Part shown: positions 19,301-26,993 of the stretch, piece by piece
Layout of the letters: every line of letters begins with the position of its first letter
Numbering within the stretch: position 1 is the first letter of the stretch
Source of the DNA: a candidate division KSB3 bacterium
GTDB taxonomy: Bacteria; Moduliflexota; Moduliflexia; Moduliflexales; Moduliflexaceae
DNA length: 64,000 nucleotides
NCBI GenBank assembly: GCA_002748425.1
Contig: PDSJ01000010.1
Location: 35,841-99,840, forward strand
Reading direction: 5' to 3'
Made by a program: the position numbers and the translations under genes
Notes under the pieces: generated by a model
Told to the model about the DNA's origin: nothing
Databases searched by the model: none
What the model saw: the letters and a program-made list of their open reading frames with translations, nothing else

Positions 19301-20355
19301 CCGTCAGCTCCCCAGGCATAGACCTTGCTGTCTTTCGACCCGATCACCACTTCCAGAACACCATCTCCATTCAGATCGCCAAGCACCGGAGACCCTACGA
19401 TTTCAGCATCTGTGACCGTCGGCCAACCTGTAACAAGCTGGCCGTTTGCATCCCAGGCATACACTTTTCCGTCTTTACATCCGATCACCACTTCCAGACG
19501 CCCATCATTCGTCAAATCGCCGAGAGCCGGAGAGGACGGAATCTGATGCCCGGCAATCACCGGCCAGCCGGATTTCCGCTCACCATAGCGATTCCATACA
19601 AAGACCTTATCCCAGGAGCCAACAATCACCTCCAGCTCGCCGTCATTATCCAGATCGCCGACAGCCGGAGAAGAGGGCACCACATGCTCTGTTGCAGCAG
19701 GCCAGCCTTCTATCGCAGTCCCATCGCCTTTCCAGGCAAAGACACGATGGTTATCCGTGCCGACAATCACCTCGACGATCCCGTCTTGATCGAGATCCGC
19801 CAGAGCCGGCGACGAATACACAAACAAGCCGGTGGGCTTTGGCCAGCCTCGTACAACGGTTCCATCAGCATTCCAGGCATAGACTTTATTATCAAAGGAC
19901 CCGATCACCACTTCCGGGAGCTGATCGCCATCAATATCGCCCACTGCCGGCGAGGAGTAAATGACGCTGCCGGTGACCGCCGGCCAGCCAGGGAGCAACG
20001 TCCCGTTGAAGTTCCAGGCATAGACCTTATTATCGAAGGAACCGACAACAATGTCTAAATGACCATCGCCATTGAGATCCGCCAGCGCTGGTGATGAACG
20101 CACCGAATCACCGGTTGTCACCGGCCAGCCGGGCATGAGCGTTCCATCCGGTTTCCAGGCGTAGACCATGTTATTGTCGGAACCAACGACGATCTCCTGA
20201 ATCCCGTCATTATCAATATCTCCGATGACAGGAGAGGAATTCACCGGCGCCCCGGTGTCCTGCGGCCAGCCATGCGGAGCGAATTGCGCTTCGACAGCTC
20301 CACCCTGGCAGAGTAAACCCAGCAAACAAACCGTCAACAACACTGTACGTTTCAT
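13318..20355 (-). CDS. Giant secreted or surface protein: FG-GAP-like repeats, FN3-like repeats and a duplicated C-terminal domain
   Basis: Signal peptide MKRTVLLTVCLLGLLC..AVEA; GWP..SSP..DxDxDG repeats; WTAPG..YDIRY repeats. Confidence 0.85.
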   Translation of the reverse strand: MKRTVLLTVCLLGLLCQGGAVEAQFAPHGWPQDTGAPVNSSPVIGDIDNDGIQEIVVGSDNNMVYAWKPDGTLMPGWPVTTGDSVRSSPALADLNGDGHLDIVVGSFDNKVYAWNFNGTLLPGWPAVTGSVIYSSPAVGDIDGDQLPEVVIGSFDNKVYAWNADGTVVRGWPKPTGLFVYSSPALADLDQDGIVEVIVGTDNHRVFAWKGDGTAIEGWPAATEHVVPSSPAVGDLDNDGELEVIVGSWDKVFVWNRYGERKSGWPVIAGHQIPSSPALGDLTNDGRLEVVIGCKDGKVYAWDANGQLVTGWPTVTDAEIVGSPVLGDLNGDGVLEVVIGSKDSKVYAWGADGRLLPGWPKSTGGEISATPALGDTDGNGTLEVFVGSKDNRMHAWTIERKGSTAPQIAWQSFRGNSHHSGYYGEIGRKMAVAASSSDAPSISVISSGPGRMGIQTPSGPTVIKAGPRAFDNQGLKSNVEGYVADLVVMEYDDNSLTLSWTAPLGAYTPEARYDIRFAAEAITEENWDTAFPYHTALQLAAAGKRETHQLEHVPLAVDKPVFVAMKIMDKVAGSLVPVGPLSSVAKLIPVDNTPPAQIQSLKVAELNATTLELSWIASGGDGGQGTAAQYDLRFAPEAITEENWMRATQVENLPAPLPAGMLQKIQVPKPWDDREIFWGLKVVDDSLNISQMSNEAVWRPHTLVSVPQSIDAPTISDLHLESLGRDWAKLGWTAQGDANGQQAASYELRYAGNLREIREWRTAVSAENLPIPSKAGTQESFTLTGLRQNTPYFVGLRLVDAEGNVSETSNILRIETVETLPPTAVSDLAIEELRADGVTLNWSAPEQDSMGVAGYDIRYALRPISEESWDTASRLPTAPLPGRPQHLETFTVTEGPKDSAYYLALKSYDAQGNSSALSNVIQIPKVDTVPPGPILDLFAKNVETDSITIAWTATGDDGGRGQAAAQIIRIAPSLTQIKQWDLAQDVANSLQPSTAGTKESFVIRDLKSDSSYYVAVKSVDAFGNESEMSNIIRAKTRDNLAPVSIADLKTRSVEADSVVLEWTAPGEDGMEGQATSYTLRYSQTSITPASWPDARSVPLLPDPEPAGTRQRVRVTGLSPNTRYYFAMTAVDADGNTSPLSNQLEVSTSDTVAPGMITTLTAEQMDGTSVRLSWISPGDDDLHGIPAGYDVRYSDRPLTEARWSEARVATGIPQPSPQGDEEHLLLSGLRVNTLYYIAVRTFDVEGNVSPVSNIVRVYTSENVITDLEIADFSEDEVVLSWTTPGGVFLQDRLPYDIRYSSSKITEDTWDKARSARPHVLDDLSVKEPGSPERIRVRGLPPYEQIFWAVKLGSDAGMDESSQTSALSNVVELRRPDTMPPADVADLVARDGGEAAGGLRNIELSWTAPGDNDFEGSATRYDIRYGYEPVTEENWNAMTVARPVPKPLSAGTYQKTVVQVPSSEETVYFALQSIDEQLNMSPLSNSAQWSPEDTSAPSAIVDLKAERQANGDVKLSWTAPGDNADRGTAAFYDIRFAEKEKHVKQWKKATLIQGEPLPDAAGTAQEYTITGLRKDRSYYVAMITIDDAKNLSGLSNIALIGKVLPQHINDLTFVTGTETSVTLSWTAPKDRMADRVVKYEIRYAESPEGLKKWTTAERVKHKLVPKTFGEMESITVETLSPNMCYYFGIKVLDSSKERSPLSNVAIAYTTDTIAPQAIDDLTVAQADKQSLTVSWTVIADDAKHETPASYALRYSLGPLGEDNWDSASLGVDDLQPGPPGSLMEYTISGLEENTPYYVAVRAIDEAGNLSPLSSPLEARTQDLTSPAAVADLRAFYPTSSSVMLRWTASADAAGPVTRASLEDLSVAAYDIRYFPLPPDGEIMQQFPWERAQKVALPPVPNAPGQVEEFVVAHLLPDQTYSFALRSIDRSGNVSEISNFVLETTFPAEERTAQSRAISPSERSRWKLVQGKGSGRISGGVDAAISLQKSSNVKGRVNAAAMTAVYPAGKTLPQAALRFDVKGTEPFTFCARVTAAERGEPYYLCYTTEEPLTNAQHGASRIIEVLNAPEEAAALSLAGTPWKRIENYVFYPLDAALLDGGWHEMKRDLLLDLLDATGHTYLGADRFVVRSESVSLRKVTLKGQVFTPITDFEDRVPPLQNGWKLHFGSGSVRLAEESFASDVRQVGSSRRDELFDGVVIAGIRPRSTDVNTFLSAESSNASDIVITYPKSAIGQLSSQPFFMAMVKAGPEFKLIVKVQAGDGKEYYVAYLPETPGEAASEGLSGNYIYMPLQSRIWRDGWTLVQADLAGDLRRYQLDYAHTSWLSFHGKSIGIDNIGFSTEVLEEILQ
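14530..18915 (-). repeat. About 13 tandem FN3-like coding repeats
   Basis: Recurrent DTxxPxxIxDL..LxWTAPGDD..YDIRY..ITE..W..SNV unit, counted by eye; boundaries approximate. Confidence 0.75.
19165..20280 (-). repeat. Eight FG-GAP/VCBS-like repeats of about 47 aa (predicted beta-propeller)
   Basis: GWPxxTG..SSPAxGDxDGDG..EVVVGSxDxKVYAW occurs eight times. Confidence 0.8.
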
Positions 20356-20462
20356 TCTACAACACTGGCGCATTGGCATCATAAGGCTGTAAAGTAAATC
20401 AACGTCCGCAAGGTAACATGAGGCCTGAACGCCTCTCAGGCAACACGTGAGCTGCCCTGTCA

Positions 20463-22109
20463 TCACTTCAGGACACTTTGATCACTTTGTTTCGCTAAAG
20501 GCACTGTGAAATAAAAGGTGGCTCCGGCCCCGACCTGACTCTCCAGCCAGATGGCGCCTCCATAAAGTTCGACAAGTTTTCTGGAGATGGCCAGCCCGAG
20601 TCCGGTCCCGTTATATTCACGGGTCAATGAACCATCGACCTGACGGAATTCATCAAAAAGAATGGCAAAATCTTCCTGCTCGATCCCAATCCCCTGATCC
20701 GCCACGCTCACAATCAAGGTCGCAATATCCGATGCAAGAGACTCTCGCACATAGACTCTTCGCGGATCGTCAGACGAAAGTGATGACGCGCAAAATGCAG
20801 AAATCGTAATTTGTCCTGAGGATGAAAATTTAATCGAGTTATCAAGCAGGTTGTATAAGACTAATTTGACCTTGTCGCGACTGCACAGACAATCCGGCAA
20901 ATCTCTCTCGATCTCAACTTTGAGCCGCAAGCACTTCTCATCGGCTTTTCCGTGAAGCTCCTGCAGGACGTCATGTACAATTGTCGAGAACTGGATGGAT
21001 TCCATTTTCAACGTAACCTGACCAGCATTCAGCATGGAAACTTCAATCACATCGTTCAAGACGCGCAAGAGGTGACTGCCGCTGTTTAAAACCATCGTTA
21101 ACTGACGAGACTGATTTTCGTTTAAAGAGCCGCTGTAGCCTTGTAAGAGCAGTTCAGTAAAGCCAATAATTGAATTAAGGGGTGTCCGAAGTTCATGCCC
21201 TATATTCGCCAGAAATTCCGACTTCAATCGATCCAGTTCCCGTAATCGCCCGTTCGCATGATCCAGCATGGCGTAGTTTTTTATCAGTTCCCGGTTCGAT
21301 ACGCGGAGCTGGGCCACGAGCTGGTCGCGTTCGAGCTTGATACGGCTCCGCTCCACTGCTTGCTCAACAAGAGAAAGTATCTGCTCGACCAGAAACGGCT
21401 TTCGCACATACGCATCCACCTGCTCTCCAATCGCACTAATCGCCAAGTCTTCATCCCCATACGCCGTCATGAGCACGACCCCAACCCCCGGGACGATTTC
21501 ACGGATGCGTTTCAGGACCTCCAAGCCCGACAGATCCGGGAGGTTATAGTCCAGCAGAATGACATCTGGCCTGAAGGAGGAAAGCCCTTCAAGACACGCC
21601 TGGGCACTCAAGGCTTGCATCGTCTTATACCCATGTTTTTCAAAAGTGGTCCGCAGAAAATCGAGAACATCTTCTTCATCATCGACAATCAGGATCTTGG
21701 GCCAAAAAGGCTGCTCGCTCGCTTTACCCTGAAGATACTGAAGCTCTTCTACCAGTCTGGATGCCTCAAAAGGTTTCATGAGGCAGCGATCCGCGACAAT
21801 GGGGTAAGTCGTCGTTCCGAAACAAATCCCATTTTTGAGATCGCTTTCATCAAGATAGAGCGCTGAAGTCATCAGCACGGGAATATGCTTGAGCCTGGGA
21901 TTACGTTTGAGATTCCAGCAGAGTTCAAAACCATTCACCTTTTGCAGCAATGCATCGAGAATAATGACGTCCGGCGTTTCCTGCTCGGCACGCTCTTCGG
22001 CTCGTTCCGCATCATGAATGGCTTTGACCTGATAGTCCTGCTCTTCTAAATAGCTCGTCAGATTTTTACACAAATTCGAGTCGTCACAGACTATTAATAC
22101 TCTCTCCAT
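20463..22109 (-). CDS. Hybrid sensor histidine kinase (two receivers + HisKA + HATPase)
   Basis: VIILD and VILLD receivers, HELRTPL, NLLDNSIKF, DQGIG, GTGLGL. Confidence 0.92.
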   Translation of the reverse strand: MERVLIVCDDSNLCKNLTSYLEEQDYQVKAIHDAERAEERAEQETPDVIILDALLQKVNGFELCWNLKRNPRLKHIPVLMTSALYLDESDLKNGICFGTTTYPIVADRCLMKPFEASRLVEELQYLQGKASEQPFWPKILIVDDEEDVLDFLRTTFEKHGYKTMQALSAQACLEGLSSFRPDVILLDYNLPDLSGLEVLKRIREIVPGVGVVLMTAYGDEDLAISAIGEQVDAYVRKPFLVEQILSLVEQAVERSRIKLERDQLVAQLRVSNRELIKNYAMLDHANGRLRELDRLKSEFLANIGHELRTPLNSIIGFTELLLQGYSGSLNENQSRQLTMVLNSGSHLLRVLNDVIEVSMLNAGQVTLKMESIQFSTIVHDVLQELHGKADEKCLRLKVEIERDLPDCLCSRDKVKLVLYNLLDNSIKFSSSGQITISAFCASSLSSDDPRRVYVRESLASDIATLIVSVADQGIGIEQEDFAILFDEFRQVDGSLTREYNGTGLGLAISRKLVELYGGAIWLESQVGAGATFYFTVPLAKQSDQSVLK

Positions 22110-22574
22110 AAAATATTCCTGCGGCCACAAGGCAGCTCATCAGCTTTATATTCATTATTTCATCTAAAATATAGCAAAATACTTCAGGGGTTGTCAAGAC
22201 AAAAACCGTGAAAGATATTCTTCCCAAAAAGTTTCCAGTCGTTTCCATGAAAAAGTTGATTTTTACCCGTATAAAACTTGACACGTTTTCCGCCCTGGTT
22301 CAGAGAAGATTACACATTACTTTGTTTATGTCTGGGACTTAACGGCCCAATCTTTCAACCAGTACAAGAGAAATGCTCTCACGTAAAGTGTACGCGTAAA
22401 ACATGGGATGACCCTGTGGGGGGTTCTCACGCAGGTCTCACCGAGCGGTGTATAATGACAACGTGACGAGCGTCCGCTATCGCTCGACACCCTACGTCAA
22501 CAGGTGAAATTTGTAAAGTTTTTATGCCGCAGGCACAACAACGTGTGTACTTTGGCGGGGAGGCATCTTGATGT

Positions 22575-23726
22575 ATGAGCAGAAAAGATTTTTTATTTAC
22601 GTCTGAATCGGTTACTGAGGGACATCCGGATAAAGTAGCAGACCAAATCTCGGATTCCGTCTTAGATGCGATTATGGCCGAAGATCCGATGGGACGTGTG
22701 GCGTGCGAAACTATGGTCACAACAGGGATGGCCCTGGTAGCCGGTGAAATCACCACAAGCTGCTACGTCAATATCCCGAAAATCGTTCGTAACACCATTA
22801 AGCAGATCGGCTATACCCGCGCGAATTTTGGCTTTGACTATGAAACCTGTGCCGTACTCACATCAATCGACGAGCAATCGCAAGACATCGCAATGGGCGT
22901 CAATCCCGGCGGAGCCGGCGATCAGGGCCTGATGTTCGGCTATGCCTCGAATGAAACCGATGAATTGATGCCGTTACCGATTATGCTGGCCCATAAGCTC
23001 ACCATGCAGCTGACCAAAGTGCGCCGCGATGATCTGCTGCCCTATCTGCGCCCGGACGGAAAATCGCAGGTGACCGTAGAATATGTCAACGGCAAGCCAA
23101 AACGTATCGATACTGTCGTGATTTCATCACAACACGACGCCAAAGTCAGCCTCAAAGAACTGCGTGAAGGGATTATTGAAAAAGTGATCCTGCCGGTTCT
23201 GCCGGAAGGGCTGTACGATCCTGAAAATATTACCTACCATATCAACCCCACCGGGCGTTTCGTTGTTGGCGGTCCGCAGGGAGATTGCGGGGTGACCGGA
23301 CGAAAAATTATTGTTGATACGTACGGTGGAGTCGGGAGTCACGGCGGCGGCGCCTTTTCCGGAAAGGATCCGACAAAGGTTGATCGCTCGGCATCGTATA
23401 TGGCGCGGCATGTGGCAAAAAATCTTGTGGCTGCAGGTGCTGCCGAACGTTGTGAAGTCCAGCTTGCCTACGCCATTGGTGTGGCAGAACCGGTCTCAGT
23501 GATGGTGGATACCTTCGGAACCAGTAAAGCTGACAATGCGAAAATGGTCCAGACAATTCGTGAGATTTTCGAATTAACGCCTGCCGGTATTATCAAAGCG
23601 CTCAACCTGCGCCGTCCGATTTACCAGAAGACCGCATCTTACGGACACTTTGGCCGTCGTGAACCAGAATTTACCTGGGAAAATACTGATAAGGTCGATG
23701 CGATCAAAAACGCGCTCAACCTGTAA
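22575..23726 (+). CDS. metK: S-adenosylmethionine synthetase
   Basis: [39 protein letters not shown]. Confidence 0.98.
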   Translation: MSRKDFLFTSESVTEGHPDKVADQISDSVLDAIMAEDPMGRVACETMVTTGMALVAGEITTSCYVNIPKIVRNTIKQIGYTRANFGFDYETCAVLTSIDEQSQDIAMGVNPGGAGDQGLMFGYASNETDELMPLPIMLAHKLTMQLTKVRRDDLLPYLRPDGKSQVTVEYVNGKPKRIDTVVISSQHDAKVSLKELREGIIEKVILPVLPEGLYDPENITYHINPTGRFVVGGPQGDCGVTGRKIIVDTYGGVGSHGGGAFSGKDPTKVDRSASYMARHVAKNLVAAGAAERCEVQLAYAIGVAEPVSVMVDTFGTSKADNAKMVQTIREIFELTPAGIIKALNLRRPIYQKTASYGHFGRREPEFTWENTDKVDAIKNALNL

Positions 23727-23756
23727 GACGCTCTGCAGAGCGGACAGGCATCACAG

Positions 23757-23795
23757 AACAGCCGTCAGGCAGCAAGCCTGACGGCTGTTTTTTTT
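23757..23795 (+). terminator. Rho-independent terminator of metK
   Basis: AACAGCCGTCAGGC-AGCAA-GCCTGACGGCTGTT followed by a T run. Confidence 0.85.
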
Positions 23796-23818
23796 CCAGC
23801 AGCGGACACGTACAGAAT

Positions 23819-24388
23819 CTATTTGCAGCAACGGAACCCGGCTCGGTTGCTGCTGGTATGCGGAGCATTGACCCAGAACTCCAGAGCACATTCTGCACAG
23901 CTTTCGCTGCTCCAGGCCCCGCCGCGCACTTTTACACCTTCTTCCAAAGATCTCCCAACCCACTCCCAGACACTGCCGTTTAAATCGTAGACCCCATAGC
24001 CGCTGACACAGCTTGTCGGATTTTCACCAATGCGGGTCGGCCCGTCAAAAGGACTTTCGGAATTACATTTTGTGCCGTCGTAGGTCGGCCCGTAGGGATA
24101 GCGTAAGCCTCGAGGACCACGGCAGGCCTGCACCCATTCCTTGTCGGTACACAAGCGTTTCCCCCTGGACTCGCAGATCGCTTTGGCTTCCTGCCAGGTC
24201 ACATTGGTTTGCGGTAATTCTCCGATCGTATTCGGGTATTCATACTTATCCATATAAAAATTTCCGATCCGCACCATGTTCTCGGTATCCATCTGCTCCT
24301 GGGCCGCAAGCTGACGGGAAGCCACGACACACGAACAGCTCAGAACGACTGCAATAACGGAAAATGCATGCAAGGATTTTTTCATCAT
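23819..24388 (-). CDS. Exported FGE-sulfatase (SUMF1-like) domain protein
   Basis: FYMDKYEYPN, KRLCT..EW, YPYG, GVYDLNGSVWEW, RGG.W, GFRCC; signal peptide. Confidence 0.85.
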   Translation of the reverse strand: MMKKSLHAFSVIAVVLSCSCVVASRQLAAQEQMDTENMVRIGNFYMDKYEYPNTIGELPQTNVTWQEAKAICESRGKRLCTDKEWVQACRGPRGLRYPYGPTYDGTKCNSESPFDGPTRIGENPTSCVSGYGVYDLNGSVWEWVGRSLEEGVKVRGGAWSSESCAECALEFWVNAPHTSSNRAGFRCCK

Positions 24389-24512
24389 CTTTTTCACTGC
24401 CGCTGACAATACGGAACCCACAGAAACGATTTCGTCTCTTTACTGCACGATTTTTCCGTATCCCCGCAGTATCAGCGATTCCATCAAGAGACTGTTTCCC
24501 AGAAGATTAGTC

Positions 24513-24550
24513 AAAAAAAACCCCGTCCGGAAGTCCGGACAGGGCTTTTT
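24513..24550. terminator. Terminator hairpin after the OmpA-family gene
   Basis: A8-CCCCGTCCGG-AAGT-CCGGACAGGG-CT5. Confidence 0.7.
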
Positions 24551-24583
24551 CAACGAGAACACGACGATACAATCGTCTAGCGC

Positions 24584-26116
24584 TTAACGAAGACCGATAA
24601 GACGATTATCGGCAACAACTTTGACAAACTGAGCACGTCGGTTCTGTGCGCGGCCTGCATCAGTTTCATTGGAGGCGATCGGCACAGATTCGCCATAGGT
24701 TTCACCGGCAATAATGCCTCTGGCCAGCTTTCTTGAGCTGACGATACGGGCCGGATCAATGCCTTCATCATAAACCAGATAGTACACTGCAGCGCGGGCG
24801 CGTCTATTCCCCAGCCCCATATTGTAATTTTCTGTGCCTATCCAGTCGGTATGTCCCTGCACTTCCAGGACAGTGTCTGTGCAGAGGCGCATATATTTAC
24901 CAATCCGTTTCAACGCTGCGATTGCTTCCGGCGTCAGGGTGGATTTATCAAAGTCGAAATGCGCCATCACCAGTGCCTGCCGGCAATCAAAACCCGCAGC
25001 AGCCGAAGGCGCTTCTTTGGGCGGACGCGGAATCTCCGATCCTGCGTTGGGCAAGGCAACAGGTGCATCAAGATCAACAGAAGGCCCTACCGGAACTTCC
25101 ACTTCCACTTCACGCACCGGGCTGTAAGTCAAACCCGCAGTATACCTGTAATGCGGTGATTCATACATCGGTTCTTCAGCAAAAATTCTTGAGCCGCCAG
25201 CGACTGTCAGAGCAATGCCGTTTCCAAAACCAGCCCGCGCTCCTGCCATGAACATGCCACCGTCCTGCACAACATCCAACTCTTTGCCGTCTTCAAACAT
25301 CGGAATATAGTCTTTATCTTCAAAAGAATGGTAGAAATTTGCTTCACCAAAGAGTTCGAACACGTTGTCTACGATCGGCAGCGCCAGCCCGGCCCCATAA
25401 AACACTGTACTGCCGTATTCACGGAATAAGGGATTTGTTCCGAAACGCTCATATCGCGGACGCCGATACGCAGCGTTCACCTCGCTGAAATCACGGCGGT
25501 CCTGATCATAGTCAGTAGCAATTTGATATGCGGCCTGTCCGTAAAAACGAGCACTTCCCACTGCGGTTCCCATAGAAGCACCGACCCGGATTCTGGTGTT
25601 ATCAGCCCCAATCCCCTTTTCAGGATCGCTGCCTGTCGGTAAAAATACCTGAACATAGGGCGTAAACCAGTCACTTAACTGGTAGCGCATCCCAAGAGCC
25701 AGGTCTCCAAAACCACTTTCACTGACATCGTCCTGCACGGCAAGATCATTTGCAGCACGGCTGCTGGTCGAGGCTGTGGGAATTTTCAGAAAATTCATCG
25801 GAGCAGAAGCAAAAAGCTCCAGTCGATCGCTAAGACCGTAGGCACCGCCAACAGTCAGTTCCATGAGTTGAGGAAAGCGCGGATCGCCCGGCAGACAGAA
25901 ACGGCTGTAATCCATATAGAGACCGACTCCGAATCTCCCCTTATCATAGGTGGTCGGACTAAAAAGACTGTACAAACCAGCCGGCCCGAATTTTGTAGGA
26001 GTGTCTGACAGCCATTGTTCTTCTTTCAGACGCGGCAGTGTCTCCTGTGCGCCGGCAGCAGCGACCATCAGCCCCACAAACGCAAAAATCATTAAGATGC
26101 CAGAAATTTTTCGCAT
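24584..26116 (-). CDS. OmpA-family outer membrane protein (predicted beta-barrel + peptidoglycan-binding domain)
   Basis: Signal peptide, aromatic beta-strand pattern, Pro-rich linker, HFDFDKS, GHTD, LGNRRA, GRAQNRR. Confidence 0.88.
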   Translation of the reverse strand: MRKISGILMIFAFVGLMVAAAGAQETLPRLKEEQWLSDTPTKFGPAGLYSLFSPTTYDKGRFGVGLYMDYSRFCLPGDPRFPQLMELTVGGAYGLSDRLELFASAPMNFLKIPTASTSSRAANDLAVQDDVSESGFGDLALGMRYQLSDWFTPYVQVFLPTGSDPEKGIGADNTRIRVGASMGTAVGSARFYGQAAYQIATDYDQDRRDFSEVNAAYRRPRYERFGTNPLFREYGSTVFYGAGLALPIVDNVFELFGEANFYHSFEDKDYIPMFEDGKELDVVQDGGMFMAGARAGFGNGIALTVAGGSRIFAEEPMYESPHYRYTAGLTYSPVREVEVEVPVGPSVDLDAPVALPNAGSEIPRPPKEAPSAAAGFDCRQALVMAHFDFDKSTLTPEAIAALKRIGKYMRLCTDTVLEVQGHTDWIGTENYNMGLGNRRARAAVYYLVYDEGIDPARIVSSRKLARGIIAGETYGESVPIASNETDAGRAQNRRAQFVKVVADNRLIGLR

Positions 26117-26220
26117 TCTGGATACCTCCTTACATGAATGAAAAGTTTAGATGATGTATGACTCTATAGAACAACAACAGTTCGAAAAATCATAAATATA
26201 AGACAGTCTACATAAAAAAA

Positions 26221-26361
26221 GTATAAAAAAGCCTCGCGTTGTTGTCAAGTCTTTTTTGGAGAATAATTCATGAATTCCGACAGACGTTTCTTTCTCCAGA
26301 AGATTTTCTTGCAACACAAGCTAAACTCTATGTCTGCCAGGCACATTGTCAAGTCTTTTTT
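26221..26361 (-). promoter_or_regulatory. Tandem sigma70-like promoters for the OmpA-family gene
   Basis: Identical 16-mer TTGTCAAGTCTTTTTT at 26242 and 26346 (TTGACA on the minus strand), followed on the minus strand by TATACT and TAGAGT. Confidence 0.55.
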
Positions 26362-26590
26362 CTGCTTTCCGTGAAATTTTCCCGAAATATTTTGCGAAAA
26401 ATTGCTTGACTTTAATAAGGCGACGACTCAGCAAGACATCAGGTGCTATGTCTCCGGACGAATCTCCTGACAGCCCTTTGTGGAAAGAGCTTCATAAAAA
26501 CGTGCTCATCTGAAAAATTGAGGGGCCGGAGCTCCATATCACACAGATCTCGCTGAATTGGCCGAAATATCATGAGTGGAGGTGAAGAGT

Positions 26591-26785
26591 ATGTCAAGAC
26601 GTTGTGACGTGTGTGGAAAAGGTCCGCAATTCGGACATGCAGTCAGCCATGCGCACAATTTAACCAAACGGCGCTGGAATCCAAACCTGCAAAAAGTTCG
26701 TGCAGTAGTCAACGGATCGGTAAAGCGCATGAAAGTTTGTACGCGCTGCCTGCGTTCAGGTAAGATCCAGAAAGCCGTCCGCTAG
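26591..26785 (+). CDS. rpmB: 50S ribosomal protein L28 (zinc-ribbon type)
   Basis: [39 protein letters not shown]. Confidence 0.97.
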   Translation: MSRRCDVCGKGPQFGHAVSHAHNLTKRRWNPNLQKVRAVVNGSVKRMKVCTRCLRSGKIQKAVR

Positions 26786-26804
26786 CGCGAAACAGCAGCA
26801 CGGT

Positions 26805-26851
26805 ACAGGCCGTCAGACTCCTGAAGAGTCTCTGACGGCCTGTTTTCTTTT
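26805..26851 (+). terminator. Rho-independent terminator of rpmB
   Basis: ACAGGCCGTCAGACTC..GAGTCTCTGACGGCCTGT followed by a T-rich tail. Confidence 0.8.
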
Positions 26852-26993
26852 CCCGCAGCATCTGCACGTTTCTGCATGCCTGCCGCTGAAACAGCCGCCT
26901 GTTTGTCGTCTCCAGGCAAAAAAGTGGAAAAATTTTCTTGCAGAAAACTCTTCAGGAAAGTAGAGGACCTGAAGTAAGGAGTGATACAGGATC

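Noticed and set aside
19102-20058. 318-aa plus-strand ORF and similar long antisense ORFs (29959-31032, 32350-33153, 34257-35126)
   Set aside because: Shadow frames opposite well-supported genes; no motifs
23819-23930. FGE-fold C-terminus as a second DGR variable repeat
   Set aside because: No strong run of NNC codons, and the nearby hairpin is explained as the metK terminator
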